Shown: positions 1 through 12,402, counted from the stretch's first letter. The stretch is DNA of 64,000 bases from Macrostomum lignano (GCA_002269645.1 NIVC01000550.1:277172-341171), one strand, 5' to 3'. Notes: generated by a model from the sequence alone, not told the origin. A program made the numbers and translations.

Positions 1-575
1 GTCTTATAAAAGCTATACATTTTGTATTAAATTGCATTGCGATTGCTTAAACATTTAAAACACAAGTAGAAATAGATTTAATAAGAGTAAAAAGACAAAG
101 CCGACAAGAAACATTTTCTTTTCCGAGTATTTGTGGATACCGATAATACCGATGGCGAATAAAACTAATACTTTATTTTGCACGACATGTTTCGCTGAAC
201 ACACAGCATCGTCAGTTAGAATAAAATATTTGTGAGAACCAACAGGGTAAGAGAGACGCAAAATATCAATTATAAATTGAGCATGATGTACGAAAAGCTA
301 GAATCGCACAACCTTAATTTACAAAGTCGATAAAACTAGAAAATTCTGAGATGCACACCGCTGCCTCTCCCTGCAAATTGAACAATAAGAGAGAGTTTGC
401 AGTCTTTGATGTGCAAGGCTTCCAATATGGATAGTTTACTATGGTGCTCAGTGCGATCGATCACTTTAAAGTTGTGAGCGGGGATTACATTAGCACAATG
501 GTTGCACATAAGCAGGTGGTCTTGTATCGCGCTGGCCTTGGTACGGACATAGCTAAATTTTAAAGTCAGCACTTA
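1..575 (-). mobile_element. Penelope-like element (PLE) 3' fragment: GIY-YIG endonuclease C-terminus plus pLTR
   Basis: Minus ORF 336-572 reads SAIQDHLLMCNHC...FKVIDRTEHHSKLSILEALHIK, the typical PLE endonuclease tail. It parallels the GIY-YIG at 40895-41347 and is followed by a hammerhead motif. Boundaries are approximate. Confidence 0.8.
171..228 (-). ncRNA. Type I minimal hammerhead ribozyme (PLE-associated)
   Basis: Minus strand reads CTGACGA-T-GCTG-tgtgtt-CAGC-GAAA-CATG-TC. It has the CUGANGA and GAAA cores, a 4-bp stem II, a palindromic ACATGT stem III and a GUC cleavage triplet. Stem I is only partly paired. Confidence 0.75.
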
Positions 576-582
576 GGGTTTA

Positions 583-1414
583 CCATAGACAACAGTAAAG
601 AAATGAAATCGATTTAGTCAAGTGCCACGTATTTAAACCACGGAGGAAAGAACAGAATGGAGCGCTAATCTGAGCAAGTTATTTTTGTCTCGCTAGATCT
701 TCACTTTTAACATCCCTTTCCCCCCGTTCATTCCTATTGGCTCGTGACTGCCATAGACAAAGTATTTTTCGTCTCGTTTTCGTTTTCGTTCCCCTCTGAA
801 AGGTATGTCCCAGCATAGTACGAGCTCGCATCAAAATATGCTTTCAGCCAATAGGAAAGAACGGGGGGGGGAAAGGGATGTTAAAAGCGAAAATCGAGCG
901 AGACAAAAATAACTGGCTCAGATTAGCACTCCATTCCACTCCCTCCTCCATGATTTAAACCCTTCCATGACTTGATTTTAGTCAAAGTGAATTTCATTTA
1001 GTCATCATGGCGGCAGCTGCAGGCATTCGCAGAGTCACTATCTCTGACAGGACCGGCGAAGACTCATAGACGCCTTTATTGGCAATGCCGATTGGCAGCA
1101 ACTAGCGAGACAGCTAAACATCCCACGTCAGTCTGCCAGAACACCAGAACTCTACAAGAACACCGCGCCCGCATTCTTGAGCGTGAACCAGAGGCCAGTG
1201 CAGCTGTCACACAGCCTCACTGCGAAGCCTGGCATCGTGAGAGCTTACGGCACATACCCTGCTGCATTGCCATGGAAGAGATTGAATTGAAAAGTGAAGC
1301 GTCGTAACAATAATTTGTTGTGTCTGTGTTCCCTTGTGTTGTTCTTGTTTAACTACTCGTATCTTAGCAAAGCTAACGACTAAATAGATTTCATTTCTTT
1401 ACTACAGTCTATGG
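583..1414 (+). mobile_element. Tc1/IS630-like internally deleted DNA transposon
   Basis: About 30-bp TIRs (CCATAGACAACAGTAAAGAAATGAAATCGATTT and its near reverse complement ending 1414), each flanked by TA. Internal peptides LIDAFIGNADWQQLARQLNIPRQSAR (HTH) and VTQPHCEAWHRESLRHIPCCIAMEEI resemble the N- and C-termini of Tc1-like transposases. Confidence 0.6.
599..998. repeat. Foldback inverted repeat (about 150-bp arms) inside the Tc1-like element
   Basis: About 599-750 is the approximate reverse complement of about 846-998 (e.g. ttttaacatccctttcc / ggaaagggatgttaaaa). Confidence 0.8.
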
Positions 1415-1589
1415 TAAACCCCGAGTGCAGACTAAATCAAACTCACTTTTCTAGGACTGAGCTGGTCAAAGACTAAAAAACTTCACTTATGTCCAAAAAA
1501 ATTGTTAAAAGGTATGCTCTTCTCTTTTCTTTAATTGCTAATGCTTGAGAGCTGCAGACGCCATAGTCTATGGTCATAACACCGGGGTT

Positions 1590-1700
1590 GCGCTGTGGGG
1601 AAATCTCGGCGGGAAAACTTCCAGCGGGAAAACATCGCTGCGGGAAAATCTCGCGCGGGCAAACGTCGGCGGGAGAACTTCCTGCGAAAAAAACTCTCAT
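1590..1700. repeat. Short degenerate (GCGGGAAA)-type array; relatives at about 4768-4803 and 5612-5680
   Basis: Repeated cgggaaa-containing units of about 17 bp, seen directly. Confidence 0.6.
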
Positions 1701-1888
1701 AGACCCATATACTGAGGTGGTGGGGCGCTTTGCGATCGATATATTGAATTGCTGGCCCTGGAGCTTCGCGATCGGTATCAATGGTTTTGGGCTGAAGGAT
1801 CAATAATGTGGTTGATGGAGCATTAATGCTATTTAAGAAAAATGCAGTCCAAAACATAGCCAGTTCATCGCGCCAAAGACCGCAGCCG

Positions 1889-2150
1889 CTAGCTGTAGTA
1901 TCTCACTCTAGGCTTGAAAGTCTCAGTGACATTAAACAGCGGCTTCCGCCTCTTCCTCATGTGATCATAGCCCAGGTGCAGGAAGCGGTGCACAGCCACA
2001 GTGCTGTTGTCAGAGTCATCCATGCTCCAGTTCTTCCACTTCAGCATGCGACAGCCGCGATCCAACCAGAGATGCTTCTTTCTCCCGAGCGGCTCTGCAA
2101 ACAGGAGCGCAGGCTTCGTTTCATTTGTTATGCCCAGGCAATTCCAGCTA
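1889..2150 (-). CDS. GT32 glycosyltransferase probable C-terminal segment (different frame)
   Basis: An overlapping frame continues with the same GC-rich coding style to ...[11 protein letters not shown]...RVRYYS*. It needs a frameshift or micro-intron near 2150-2190. Confidence 0.55.
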
Positions 2151-2564
2151 TCCGCTCTCTGCAGACTGAATACCAAGTCGGAGACTCACTGGCTCCGTGG
2201 CAGACACTCGTCCAGTTGGTCTGCCAGTCCATCAGCGGGGAGGCCACGCTGGGTGGCAGCAGCCTCACCGGCCAGCTGCGGGCAGGCCGGCTATCTTTGT
2301 ACTTCTTGTACACCTTCGTGAGAACCATCGGGCCAGTGGAGACGATAGATGTACCGGGCAGCCTCTTGGCGAGCACTTTGTGCATCATGGATCTGAAGAA
2401 GGGATGCCCCGGCACCGAGCCCATCAGGGAGTTCATGGCGCTGAAATTGGCGTCATGAATGATTCTGGTCAGCTCCAGCCGCTCCTGGTCGATGAAGGCC
2501 GCTTGCCGGGTGAGACTCGGCCCGAACGGCTTCACGCATTCGACGTCCATGTCCAGGTAGATGC
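2128..2564 (-). CDS. GT32 glycosyltransferase, exon with DXD motif
   Basis: ccgcag acceptor at 2565; the phase-1 join gives RFGG-IYLDMD. Also contains [14 protein letters not shown] and STGPMVLT. This frame stops at 2128. Confidence 0.85.
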
Positions 2565-2613
2565 CTGCGGTTGAGGTAATGTGGGAAGCCACAGTTTATA
2601 GGAAAATGTGAGC

Positions 2614-3262
2614 GGATTCTGATGGAGACCTGGGAAGGATTCTGATGGAGATCTGGAAGGATTCTGATGGGGATCTGGTAGGAATCTGATGGGATCTGGG
2701 AGGATTCTGATGGGGATCTGGGATGATTCTGATGGGGATCTGGGAGGATTCTGATGGGGATCTGGGGGGATTCTGATGGGGATCTGAGAGAATTCTGATG
2801 GGGATCTGGTGGATTCTGATGGAGATTTGGGAGGATTCTGATGGGGATCTGAGAGGATTCGTATGGGGATCTGGTGGATTCTGATACGGATCGGAGAGGA
2901 TTCTGATGGGGATCTGGTGGATTCTGATACGGATCGGAGAGGATTCTGATGGAGATCTGGGAGGATTCTGATGGGGATCTGGGATGATTCTGATGGGGAT
3001 CTGGGAGGATTCTGATGGGGATCTGGGAGGATTCTGATGGGGATCTGAGAGAATTCTGATGGGGATCTGGTGGATTCTGATGGAGATTTGGGAGGATTCT
3101 GATGGGGATCTGAGAGGATTCGTATGGGGATATGGTGGATTCTGATGGGGATCTGAGAGGACTCTGATGGGTATCTGAGAGGATTCTGGTGGGGATTTGA
3201 GAGGATTCTGATGGGGATCTGGAGAATTCTGATGAAAACCTGAGAAGATTCTGGTGGAGATC
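2614..3262. repeat. Intronic G-rich minisatellite, 22-23-bp unit GGATTCTGATGGGGATCTGGGA
   Basis: About 29 units fill most of the GT32 intron 2565-3311, with a duplicated higher-order block. Confidence 0.95.
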
Positions 3263-3311
3263 TCGGATGCAGCATATTTTGTAGCTCCATTAAAAGGTTA
3301 AAGTGCCGCAC

Positions 3312-3699
3312 CTCCAAACCGGTGCAGGATGACGTATCGAATGGCATCGGAGTGCTGCAGGTTGTATTTAAAGCTCAGGTAAGTCTTCAAGTATTGAGGA
3401 TATTTCTTGGAGATGAGAGCCCTGGCATCGGAGTCCCGCCACAGGTAGTAAGTCCAGTTGGGGTTAAGCTTCAGACAGCTGCTGATCATTGGCCGGTAGT
3501 TCTCGTAGACCATCTCGGAGGCGAAGGTTTGATGCAGAATTTGAGGGATCTCGAATGCAGCTGGGGGATTTTCTTGCCTCTGGTTGGCAGCCTCCTGTTG
3601 AACTTTATCAAATAATATTATATAGTTATCTGTTAGGTGGCTGTCTTCAGCTGTTGCATGAGCCTCCCACGAGTTGATGTACTTGTAGCATAGCAGTGC
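3312..3699 (-). CDS. GT32/DXD-family glycosyltransferase, internal exon
   Basis: tttcag acceptor at 3700 and GT donor at 3311. Translation is ALLCYKY...EIPQILHQTF...NPNWTYYLWRD...SDAIRYVILHRFGG; IPxIxHQT and D..RY.IL...GG are GT32 motifs. The upstream first exon was not located. Confidence 0.85.
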
Positions 3700-4811
3700 C
3701 TGAAATTACATTGTAGTTTGAGTGAAACAGTGGCACAGTCTCTTCACAGGTGACCAGCACAAATAGGCCTTGGAGTTTCGGCACTTATGGTTTTGGCCTG
3801 TGGGTTGAGCGCAGACTCTTCCCTGTCTGTCATCTCCCGCCCCAATACTCCTGGCCGCCTTAGCGTCTCTATACCTAAGAGACCATCTGCGACCATCTGT
3901 GCAGTGTCTCGCTCCTGGCTTAATGCTATTCCCCTTTAATTCCCTTATTATTTCCCTGTGGCGCTGTTCCATTCCCCTGAATTTCGTCCATACCATACAG
4001 TAGTCCAATCTTCACTGTTCCATTGTTACTGTTGGTACGTAAGTACTTTAAGTACTTTACGTAAGTTTTTGCCCCAATTTAATTTCCTCACCCAAATGCG
4101 CGCGCAAGAGCCTGGTAGGTTAGCACACCCTACTCGCGTGATGACCCTTGCATCCGACCCTCCATTCCTCATTCTGATGCACCCAACCCATTTGCAAGCG
4201 ATTGCTCATTGTTGCGCAATCATTATCAGTCAATTTCTCTGTCTTGTTCCCGATAATTGAGCCTATTGTTCTTGTTTCACTCTTCTTTCTCTGAACCCCG
4301 TCTGCCAGACCCCCGGGGAGCTGACCTGAATGCGACCACACCCTCCAGATTCTCATTTTCCACACGTGACCCACTCCTGGATGCAGAACCCTAGCTTCTC
4401 GCACTGAGCATTTTAGGAAACTACGAGCGTATTGAGCTTTATACGTTCCCTCATATTACTCTTAGTAGTAGTCCAGCACGCTGTTATCTTCGTCAGACAC
4501 AACTACAAAAGATCCCTGCTGAAACATCCTTTAGTTGGTGTAGCAGACTTCCGATGAACGCTAGATCAAAGTCCTATCTTCGGCAAATGGGGAGCAGCTC
4601 ATATCGGGTAGTGACAGCCTTTGTGGTGGCCCCTACAGCGGCCCGAAAACCTGCAAAGGCACCTTCAGGCCCAAACGCTGCCTTAAAACTCCTTTACTCC
4701 GGTGGGTGATCGGAGACGAGCACGACAAGAGGCCTGTGGTGGCGCCAAATTCTATCGACTATAAGAATTTCCCGTAGCGAGGTTTTCCCGCAGCGAGGTT
4801 TTTATCTAATC

Positions 4812-5505
4812 TACGATGGCTGTCCATAAAGTAGTGTTACTTTTCACTATATCTCTTGTTCTGCTGATTCAAATAACATATTTTTGCACAGATTTATAGC
4901 GGCAACTCTCTTCTTTATGTTAACTTTACATCATTAAAAACAGACAATGGAAACAAAATTTATAAACTAAAATGTAGCAGGACCTCAACCATAGACTTAC
5001 AGTAAGTAAGCAAGTTAACAAAAATTCGAAGTGGTAGCTGACAAATGGGTATCTGGCCGCAGTGAATGCTGCAAAATGACTGCGATAGACCCATGAGCCC
5101 ATGAAAGTTGAGCATGAATCTCGGCTCAACTGTCCCCTGTCCCCCAAAGGGTATATCCAAAGAGTATTGAGGTCGCCTCAATACTCTTTGGGTATATCAA
5201 TGCTACTCCAATTTTTTCATAGATATCTCTTTGTCACAGCAGCCTAACAGTCTCAGTGCATTCTATCAAAAGTTTTGATAAAAACTTTCCGCTAGCTTGT
5301 CGAATTACTGTAAAGTCAATTGTCGAGGTCCTGCTACATTTTAGTTTATAACTTTTGTTTCCATTGTCTGTTTTTAATGATGTTAAAGTTAGCAAAAAGA
5401 AGAGAGTTGCTGCTATAAACCTGTGCAAAATGGTGTTATTTGGATCAGCAGAACAACAGATTATGGTGAAAAGTAACACTACTTTTTGGACAGCCCTTGT
5501 AGTTA
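4812..5505. repeat. Inverted duplication, about 195-bp arms (about 4812-5005 and 5305-5505)
   Basis: aaaaacagacaatggaaacaaaa and gtagtgttacttttcac occur in both arms in opposite orientation. Confidence 0.8.
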
Positions 5506-6669
5506 ATGTCTAGTCTAGCCTAGTTCTAATCTAGCATAGTTTTTAATCTAGCCTAGTTCTAATCTAGTCCAGGATTGTCTATAGACTGGACTTGAAATTC
5601 CGACTGGAAAAGACCCTGCGGGAAACTTCAACGAGAAAAACTCTCGCGGGGAAATCTCTGCGGGAAACTTCGGCAAGGGGAGGCGTAGATGGTTGGCCAT
5701 ACCGGTGTGATCTAGAGAGACAATCAACTCTTAATGGCGAAAAGGCGTACACTTAGTCAAGTTCATGCAGATGAATTATATCGTACATGTAAAATCCAAA
5801 AATGAAACTCACCAAACTGACACAGACCAGTAGAAGAAAATTCCACCTCTTTTTCATAATATCAGACGCGGTGCTGCAGTTTGCGTTCACTTATACCCTA
5901 AATGAGGGGTTCAATAGTCGGTTTTTTCTTGCTTAAATGTCCAGGCCACAAGTGCGCGCAGCATTTGTAATACAAAGCAGCATTGTACGCTCGTAATCAA
6001 GATATTTGTAGCCAAATTTCTTGTGCATGAAATGTAGGATTAAAACCACTTAAATAAAGCTCACTTTCAGGGAGGTTATTGACATAGATTTTATTTTGCG
6101 GGATTTAATCAATCACTTTCTTGGACATACTACAAGGATTGTTGTATGTATCTAAATAAGCAAGCTTCTCTCTTCTCTCCCTTTGTGACTTGAGAAATTT
6201 CTTAATGAAATTTAGTCTATGGTAAGAATTGTCTATGGTAAGAACCCCCAGCAGGGGCTTCGCCCCCACACCCCCATCCCCAACTTCAACCATAGACATA
6301 CAAGTATGGCTCCGGGATTTATCTGAATGCATCCCGCAAAATTAAAGTTGTTTAAATAAGATATTCTATGGGTTTTTCAGTTGGTATTTCACTTAAATCG
6401 CTCAAGCCTTCGGCTCTCGGGATTTAATCACATACTGACCTCAAACCCATAGAATATCTTATACATATGCACACTGCCTGCGTTAAATACAAGCCGATTT
6501 ATCTGTTGAAATACATAATGATTACCACAGTTTGGCCATAGACTACGTTGTTAAATACACACTTCGTCGTGTTATAATTACTCTAGCTGCCTTAGTGGTC
6601 TAGCCAATACTAGATCATGAGCCGTTTAAGCACGCTTAATGCGCATGCACATGTACAGCCCATTTGCGC

Positions 6670-7038
6670 GGACTAGTCAGGCATTCCACTACAGGAAAAA
6701 TACGCGACTAGACCATGGGTCCACGGTGCATGGACTCGACTAGTGGATTCAAGAAATCTAATATATAGAGAATAGAGAATATTAAAGATTATTAGATATT
6801 AAATATCTATATATTTTATAATTTATATTATAATTAAAAGATTATAATATTAAATAATATAGAGAATTTTAAACTTATTAATAGTGTCGAAATTAAAATG
6901 AAACGAAAATTGCTCAGATTTCTCGAGTCCACGGGAGCCATGACTAATGGATAATTGCCATGACTAGTCGAGTCCATGCCACCGTGGAACCATGGTCTAG
7001 TCGCGTATTTTCCCTGTAGTGGAATGCCTGACTAGTCC
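6670..7038. mobile_element. MITE with about 75-bp TIRs and AT-rich spacer
   Basis: GGACTAGTCAGGCATTCCACTACAGG...ACTAGT at 6670-6744 is mirrored at 6963-7038. No TSD was resolved. Confidence 0.8.
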
Positions 7039-7179
7039 TCCGCTGTTAGGTGACATGTAGGTCCTTGTGTAAAACTGCTTCTAACTGCCAACTAGGCTCA
7101 GGGTATGTTCAACCAGTTCGGTAATTGACAAGAATGCCCTCAACCAAGGGTAAACTGCCCATTCCACCAACAGAGCTGG

Positions 7180-8261
7180 GGCCCGTGCTATAGAATACTC
7201 TTAACTCCTAAATCCTTAAGAGTGTCCCAACTCCTAGCTCCTAGCTGGCTTTTCTGTGCTATAGAATCAGAGTAAATTTTAAGAGCTAGGAGGCTCCTTA
7301 AGGACGTTAGGAGACTCCTGGGTGAATTTAGGAGAACTCATTAAGGTCCGTGGCATGCTATAGAATTAGGAGAGGAAGTCTAGGAGCTAGGAGCTAGGAG
7401 CTGGCTTTTAGGAGTCATTCTAGGAGCGTGTGTCCTATAGAATGAGAAAATTTTGCTCCTAACTCTTGACTCCTAAGCAAGAGTTCAAAGGGCCAATTTT
7501 CACTCTTAGACAAGCTGGGATTATAATGTTTTCGGACAGTGAATCGGATTCTGATGAGGAAGGAGTCAATGATAGACGCCGTCGACAATTTAAGACAAGA
7601 ATTAATTTTTTGAAGATGATTCAGCCGAGAGTGCTATGCGTTTTAGACTTAACGAGATCCAGCTTTCAAGCCTAACAGATAGAATTCGACACAGAATCGA
7701 ACATCTTTGTACCAAACTTTTCACGGCATTCCAATATCACGTCTTGCCACATAGCAATCTTCGCATTCTTAGTTATGGTTGTACTAAACGCACCAAAGAG
7801 AACCTCTTTGCGTGCAGCGACGGCTCTCACAAAAGATATTTTTTAGCAATTTGCATTTTCACTCCTGAGATTCAATCCTTAAGGACCATAAAGTTAGGAT
7901 TGTGATATAGCACACAATTCTCTATCATCCTTAAACGATTGCGCAACACTCCTTGAACACACCCCCACTCCTAGGCTGCACTCCTTGCAAGAACTCCTAG
8001 CTCCTAACTCTTAACTCCTGAAATCTATAGCACACAAAATTCAATCACTCCTTGTCAAGAGTACTCTTGAGTCCTAGCTCCTAACTCTTAACTCCTGAAA
8101 TCTATAGCACACAAAATTCAATCACTCCTTGTCAAGAGTACTCTTGAGTCCTAGCTCCTAACTCCTGAAATCTATAGCACACAAAATTCAATCACTCCTT
8201 GTCAAGAGTACTCTTGAGTCCTAGCTCCTAACTCCTAACTCATGATTCTATAGCATGGGCC
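7180..8261 (+). mobile_element. PIF/Harbinger deletion derivative
   Basis: 17-bp TIR GGCCC(G/A)TGCTATAGAAT at both ends. Internal FSDSESDSDEE...RRRRQFKTRINF / RFRLNEIQLSSLTDRI resembles a Harbinger transposase N-terminus. Three tandem subterminal repeats of about 70 bp lie at about 8000-8240. No TSD seen. Confidence 0.7.
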
Positions 8262-9499
8262 ATAGGCACAAAAGCTTGCAGGTACGTACGCAGTCATACG
8301 CACATACACTCACACAGGAGTGTACAGCGGCCCTAATTTTTTTCTCATTAGGGATGTACCAGGCAAGCCTCTATGTTCACTGCGTTCGCTGCATGCAGAG
8401 AGTGCAGCGAGCCAATACGATTCGTTGTATGATGTACACTTCACCGTGTCTTAAAGGGGATGGCCCTCAAGGGCATTAACTGCACCAGCAGACCCAAGCC
8501 AAGTTACTAATTTAGCCGCAAATATGTTACCACAAAATTTAAATTGAGCCTGGGCCGCTGGCATATCAGAGCAACACGCTAGACAACTACTTGTATTGCC
8601 CCTCTGCTCCACTGTGTTTTACCCTGACCAAAGGCTGTTGCACTCAGGGGCAATATACCAATATTGATAGGCTGCAGAGAGGAGAAATGAGCTATAACGC
8701 CAAGGTACATAGCTACTGTCTGGTAAAATTCTATTTACTCCAATGCATTTAGCCAGTTTTATGGCCTGCTAAAATATCTATGGCAAAGCCAGAAGACAGT
8801 CGGGTCAAGGGGGCACTTGGCCCCTTTTGGGGGTGTGGGGGCAGAGCCCACACATTTGCACATCTCTAGAGAATCTAGAATCTAGAGAAATCTAGAGAAA
8901 GAAATAAAAAATCTAAGAAATTGTCTATGGCCAGAAATCCTTATGTAGAAGATAATACATGGCTTTTAGGGTTGTATTTGTTTAAATCCCAAGAGTCAAA
9001 GGCTCCTGGGATTTAAGATAATACAACCCATAAAAGGCATGCATTATCTCACTTAAATTCCTTCCTTTTCTGGGATTTGACCTAATAAATCCCAGAACAT
9101 GTGACATTTGTCTATGGCACTGCATTGTGGGGTCAAGGGGGTCAACAGAGCCCCATGTATCCAATCTCTTTATTTGAAAGTTGTGAAAATAATATTTGTC
9201 GTCTATGGCTACAACCTAGATGCTAGTCTGTGTTTCCACTTTTTCTAATGCTTTTAATTTTGCTTATCTTTCTAAGAGCTTCTGCCTGAAATTATTTGGA
9301 AAGGACCTATAAATCACATAAAATGAGAAATTACATCTTTAAATTTTCGTCTATGGTAAAAAAGAAGTTTGCAAATTTGACTGAAAGGGATTTAACATTA
9401 ACTAAATACTTATATGCATGAGTTTTATATTTATTGCAGTTAGCCATAGACAATTGCAGCAGACAGGCTGCCATGCATTTTATCCCATTTCAACACACT

Positions 9500-9744
9500 T
9501 ATACACCTTTTCAATTTTGATCCAAGTCCAGTTCTAAAAAACCACCGGAAATTCAATTCAGACAATTCAGACTGGGACAATGCCTACAGAAAATCAATAG
9601 AAACAAACCCCAGTTCAAAACATTCTGCGACCAAAGCAAGGGTTAGCCATAGACAAAATCATCCCTAGTCTGAATTGTCTGAATTGAACCTCCAGTAGTT
9701 GTTTAGAACTGGACTTTAATAAAAATTGAACATGAAAAGGTATA
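9500..9744. mobile_element. Palindromic MITE; related copy at about 38385-38515
   Basis: caagtccagttcta...aattcaattcagacaattcagac is mirrored by gtctgaattgtctgaattg...tagaactggact. Confidence 0.65.
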
Positions 9745-10585
9745 CTAACTATAACTAGAGACATTGATGGATAAAAAATTGATGGACTTGTATATTGAGT
9801 CTTTGTTCTGTGTATGGTTAAAATTCATGTAAAACATTTTTCAAAGTGCCAGCCTAGTAAGAAAAATTATGGCATAGTCTTGGCCAGGTTTTAAGCAAGG
9901 CTCTTTAACATTTCCATCAAATGAGACCATGCAAATTTCTTGTGATTATACAACTTGTTTATCAATTTTGGTTCTTTTGTGCATTTTTTGTATGATTTGT
10001 TAGCTCATTTGATGGCAGTGTCAATGAACCTTTATACCCAAGAATAGTAATGAGACTTTGGCCTTGGTCCTTGGTTAAAACCCTAGATATTCTGGACTAA
10101 CGCATGCATTAGATATGGCAAAACCTAGGATACCCAAGAAACTACCAACCAATCAACCAATCAAAAATAATTATCCCTAGTCAAAAAGTACAATAATAGT
10201 CAATATATAGTAACATTGTTGAATTTTAGTATATTGATTATAATAATATGAATACTATTGTATTCTTCTGTTTCTTACTCCTAGTGTAACTATCATCAGT
10301 TTTAAAGGTTCCTAATCATTTTGAAATTTAAGATGTAAGTACCAAGATGTCAAGGCTAATAGAGAAAATTGCTAAGATATATATCTTTATAAAGGCTTTT
10401 TAGGGGAATTGCTTAGATATATATTTTTCTTATATATATGAGCATATATAAATGCTCATAGGGAAGAATGTTCAAGGCTAAAAGGTCAGTTGGTATATTT
10501 AGTTATTCAAAGATTTTTTATCATTCTTTGTTTGCTCCTTGATGGGGAGAATCAATGGCAAATAAAAGAGCAGTAGCAATCTACT

Positions 10586-10715
10586 TCAGTAATAGCCACT
10601 TCAATAACAAACCATTACCAATTTGGTAATAGCCATTTCAGTAATAGCCACTTCAATAACAAACCATTACCAATTTGGTAATAGCCATTTCAGTAATAGC
10701 CACTTCAATAACAAG
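10586..10715. repeat. Tandem repeat, about 52-bp unit, about 2.5 copies
   Basis: cagtaatagccacttcaataacaaaccattaccaatttggtaatagccattt is repeated. Confidence 0.85.
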
Positions 10716-12094
10716 TGAAAAATAGCAGTTTGTATTAATTGATTTGCTTTAAAAGAATATGCAAATGAATAAAATTTCTAGGTGCACCACATGCACCAAA
10801 GACATCCTTTAATTGACCAAATATTATGTACATTAGAATCTCTAAGTTAGCAGCTTGAAATTACAGAATTGACTTTTTTCTTTATAAATTGCTTTATAAA
10901 ATTTTAATTTTTTAATATGTTGATATGCACTTGTTTAATACTCTTTGCCTTCAAATTTTTCACAAAGTTTTTGCAAGTTTTAACAAATTTGAATATAGTT
11001 TAGTTAGAAAATTAAACTATATATGACAATAAATATTAAAAATGTTAATTAGGCCTATCAAACTAATTTATTGCTAAAGTTAACTACCATAAAGATATAA
11101 TGTTCAGTTGTAAATCTGCTTTGTTGCTAAAGTGGCAGTTACCAAAGTGGATATTACTGAAATGGATTATATTCTAAAAGACTTATTTTTAAAAACACTA
11201 ATAAACAATATAAGATATAATTTTTTTAAACTAAGAAAAAAAATGGTCCTATGTCAATGATATATTCTTAACATTGACATAGTACCATTTATACTAAATA
11301 TATATATATTTGTAGCTTCCCAAATTAACATCGTCATAAGCTTTGATAAAAATGTAGCTTAGTAACTTTTATAAAGCCAAAAGGTTATTTTATCTTAAAA
11401 TCTATTTTACTTTAATTCTTTTAAATATTTTTTATTGCCTTATGGTTTATTTTCTTTTTTAAACTTCTTTATTTTCTTTTTCCTTGCTTGCTTCCTTTCT
11501 ACATGTATTGTGACTTGTTATATTGTTTTTATAGGCCTACTTCTGGAAAGGTTAGGCCATTTTTTCTGAAATCAATCATATACAGACATACCAACAAATT
11601 TGTACAAAGCATTCTAGTATATGTAGACTTTGACTAGTATCCATGCTTTTTGGTGCCTGTGCTTTTTGGTGCCTAGCATTTTGGTGCCCTAGTTTGCTTT
11701 TTGATGCCTAGATTATAAAATAAAATTGGATGTATAAAAATATAGATAGTGAGCTCTAATTTAGCAATAAGTACTTTGCAGTATTTCATTACTTGAAAAA
11801 GTAAGGTATTTTTATTATTAATTTTGTTAGGCTGACTAGCTGTTTTAATTTTTAAAAAAATGTCTTTCATTTTATATAAATTTTTGTCTCACTTCAACTT
11901 CTCAAGAAAAAACATGATTGCATAACTTAAGAAATCAATATATTAAAACTGTCAATACTAAAATAGATTTGAATTAAATGACGTGCAACACAATTGAAAC
12001 GTGCATTGCAGGCTGCTGCATAGTGCGTACTTAACAAACATACATGTAAGCTTACATGAATAGTACGAGCTACATATACATCACCTAGCTCTAA

Positions 12095-12395
12095 GAAGCG
12101 ACATTTTAAGTGTTGGAAGATGTGTCGGCAGAATTTAACCATACGACACTTAATTTTCTAACACTTTTTGCAGCATTAATTTAGGTGTTGGAAAATATAT
12201 GTCAGCGAATGTCAACAGTTGCGACACTTTTTTTTGACACTTTTTGCGACATTTTAAGTGTTGGAAGATCTGTCTGAAAATGTGTTGGTGAAAGTTAAAG
12301 CTGTTACGACACTTTTTCCGACACTTTTTGCGACATTTTAACTGTCGGAAAAAAGTGTCGGAAGATCTGTCTGAAAATGTGTTGGCGAAAGTTGT
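12095..12395. repeat. Degenerate tandem repeat rich in CGACACTTTT / GTGTTGGAAG
   Basis: Blocks of about 80-95 bp recur three times. Confidence 0.7.
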
Positions 12396-12402
12396 ACAGG
12401 TC

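Noticed and set aside
2532-3347. 271-aa ORF and similar ORFs at 15955-16641, 20147-20449, 33232-33463 and 13417-13838
   Set aside because: These are translations of tandem repeats. The first lies within a well-supported intron.
4816-5505. Signal-anchor-like peptide as the missing first exon of the GT32 gene
   Set aside because: The plus copy is on the wrong strand and stops early. The minus copy has no ATG and no donor in the required phase 0.
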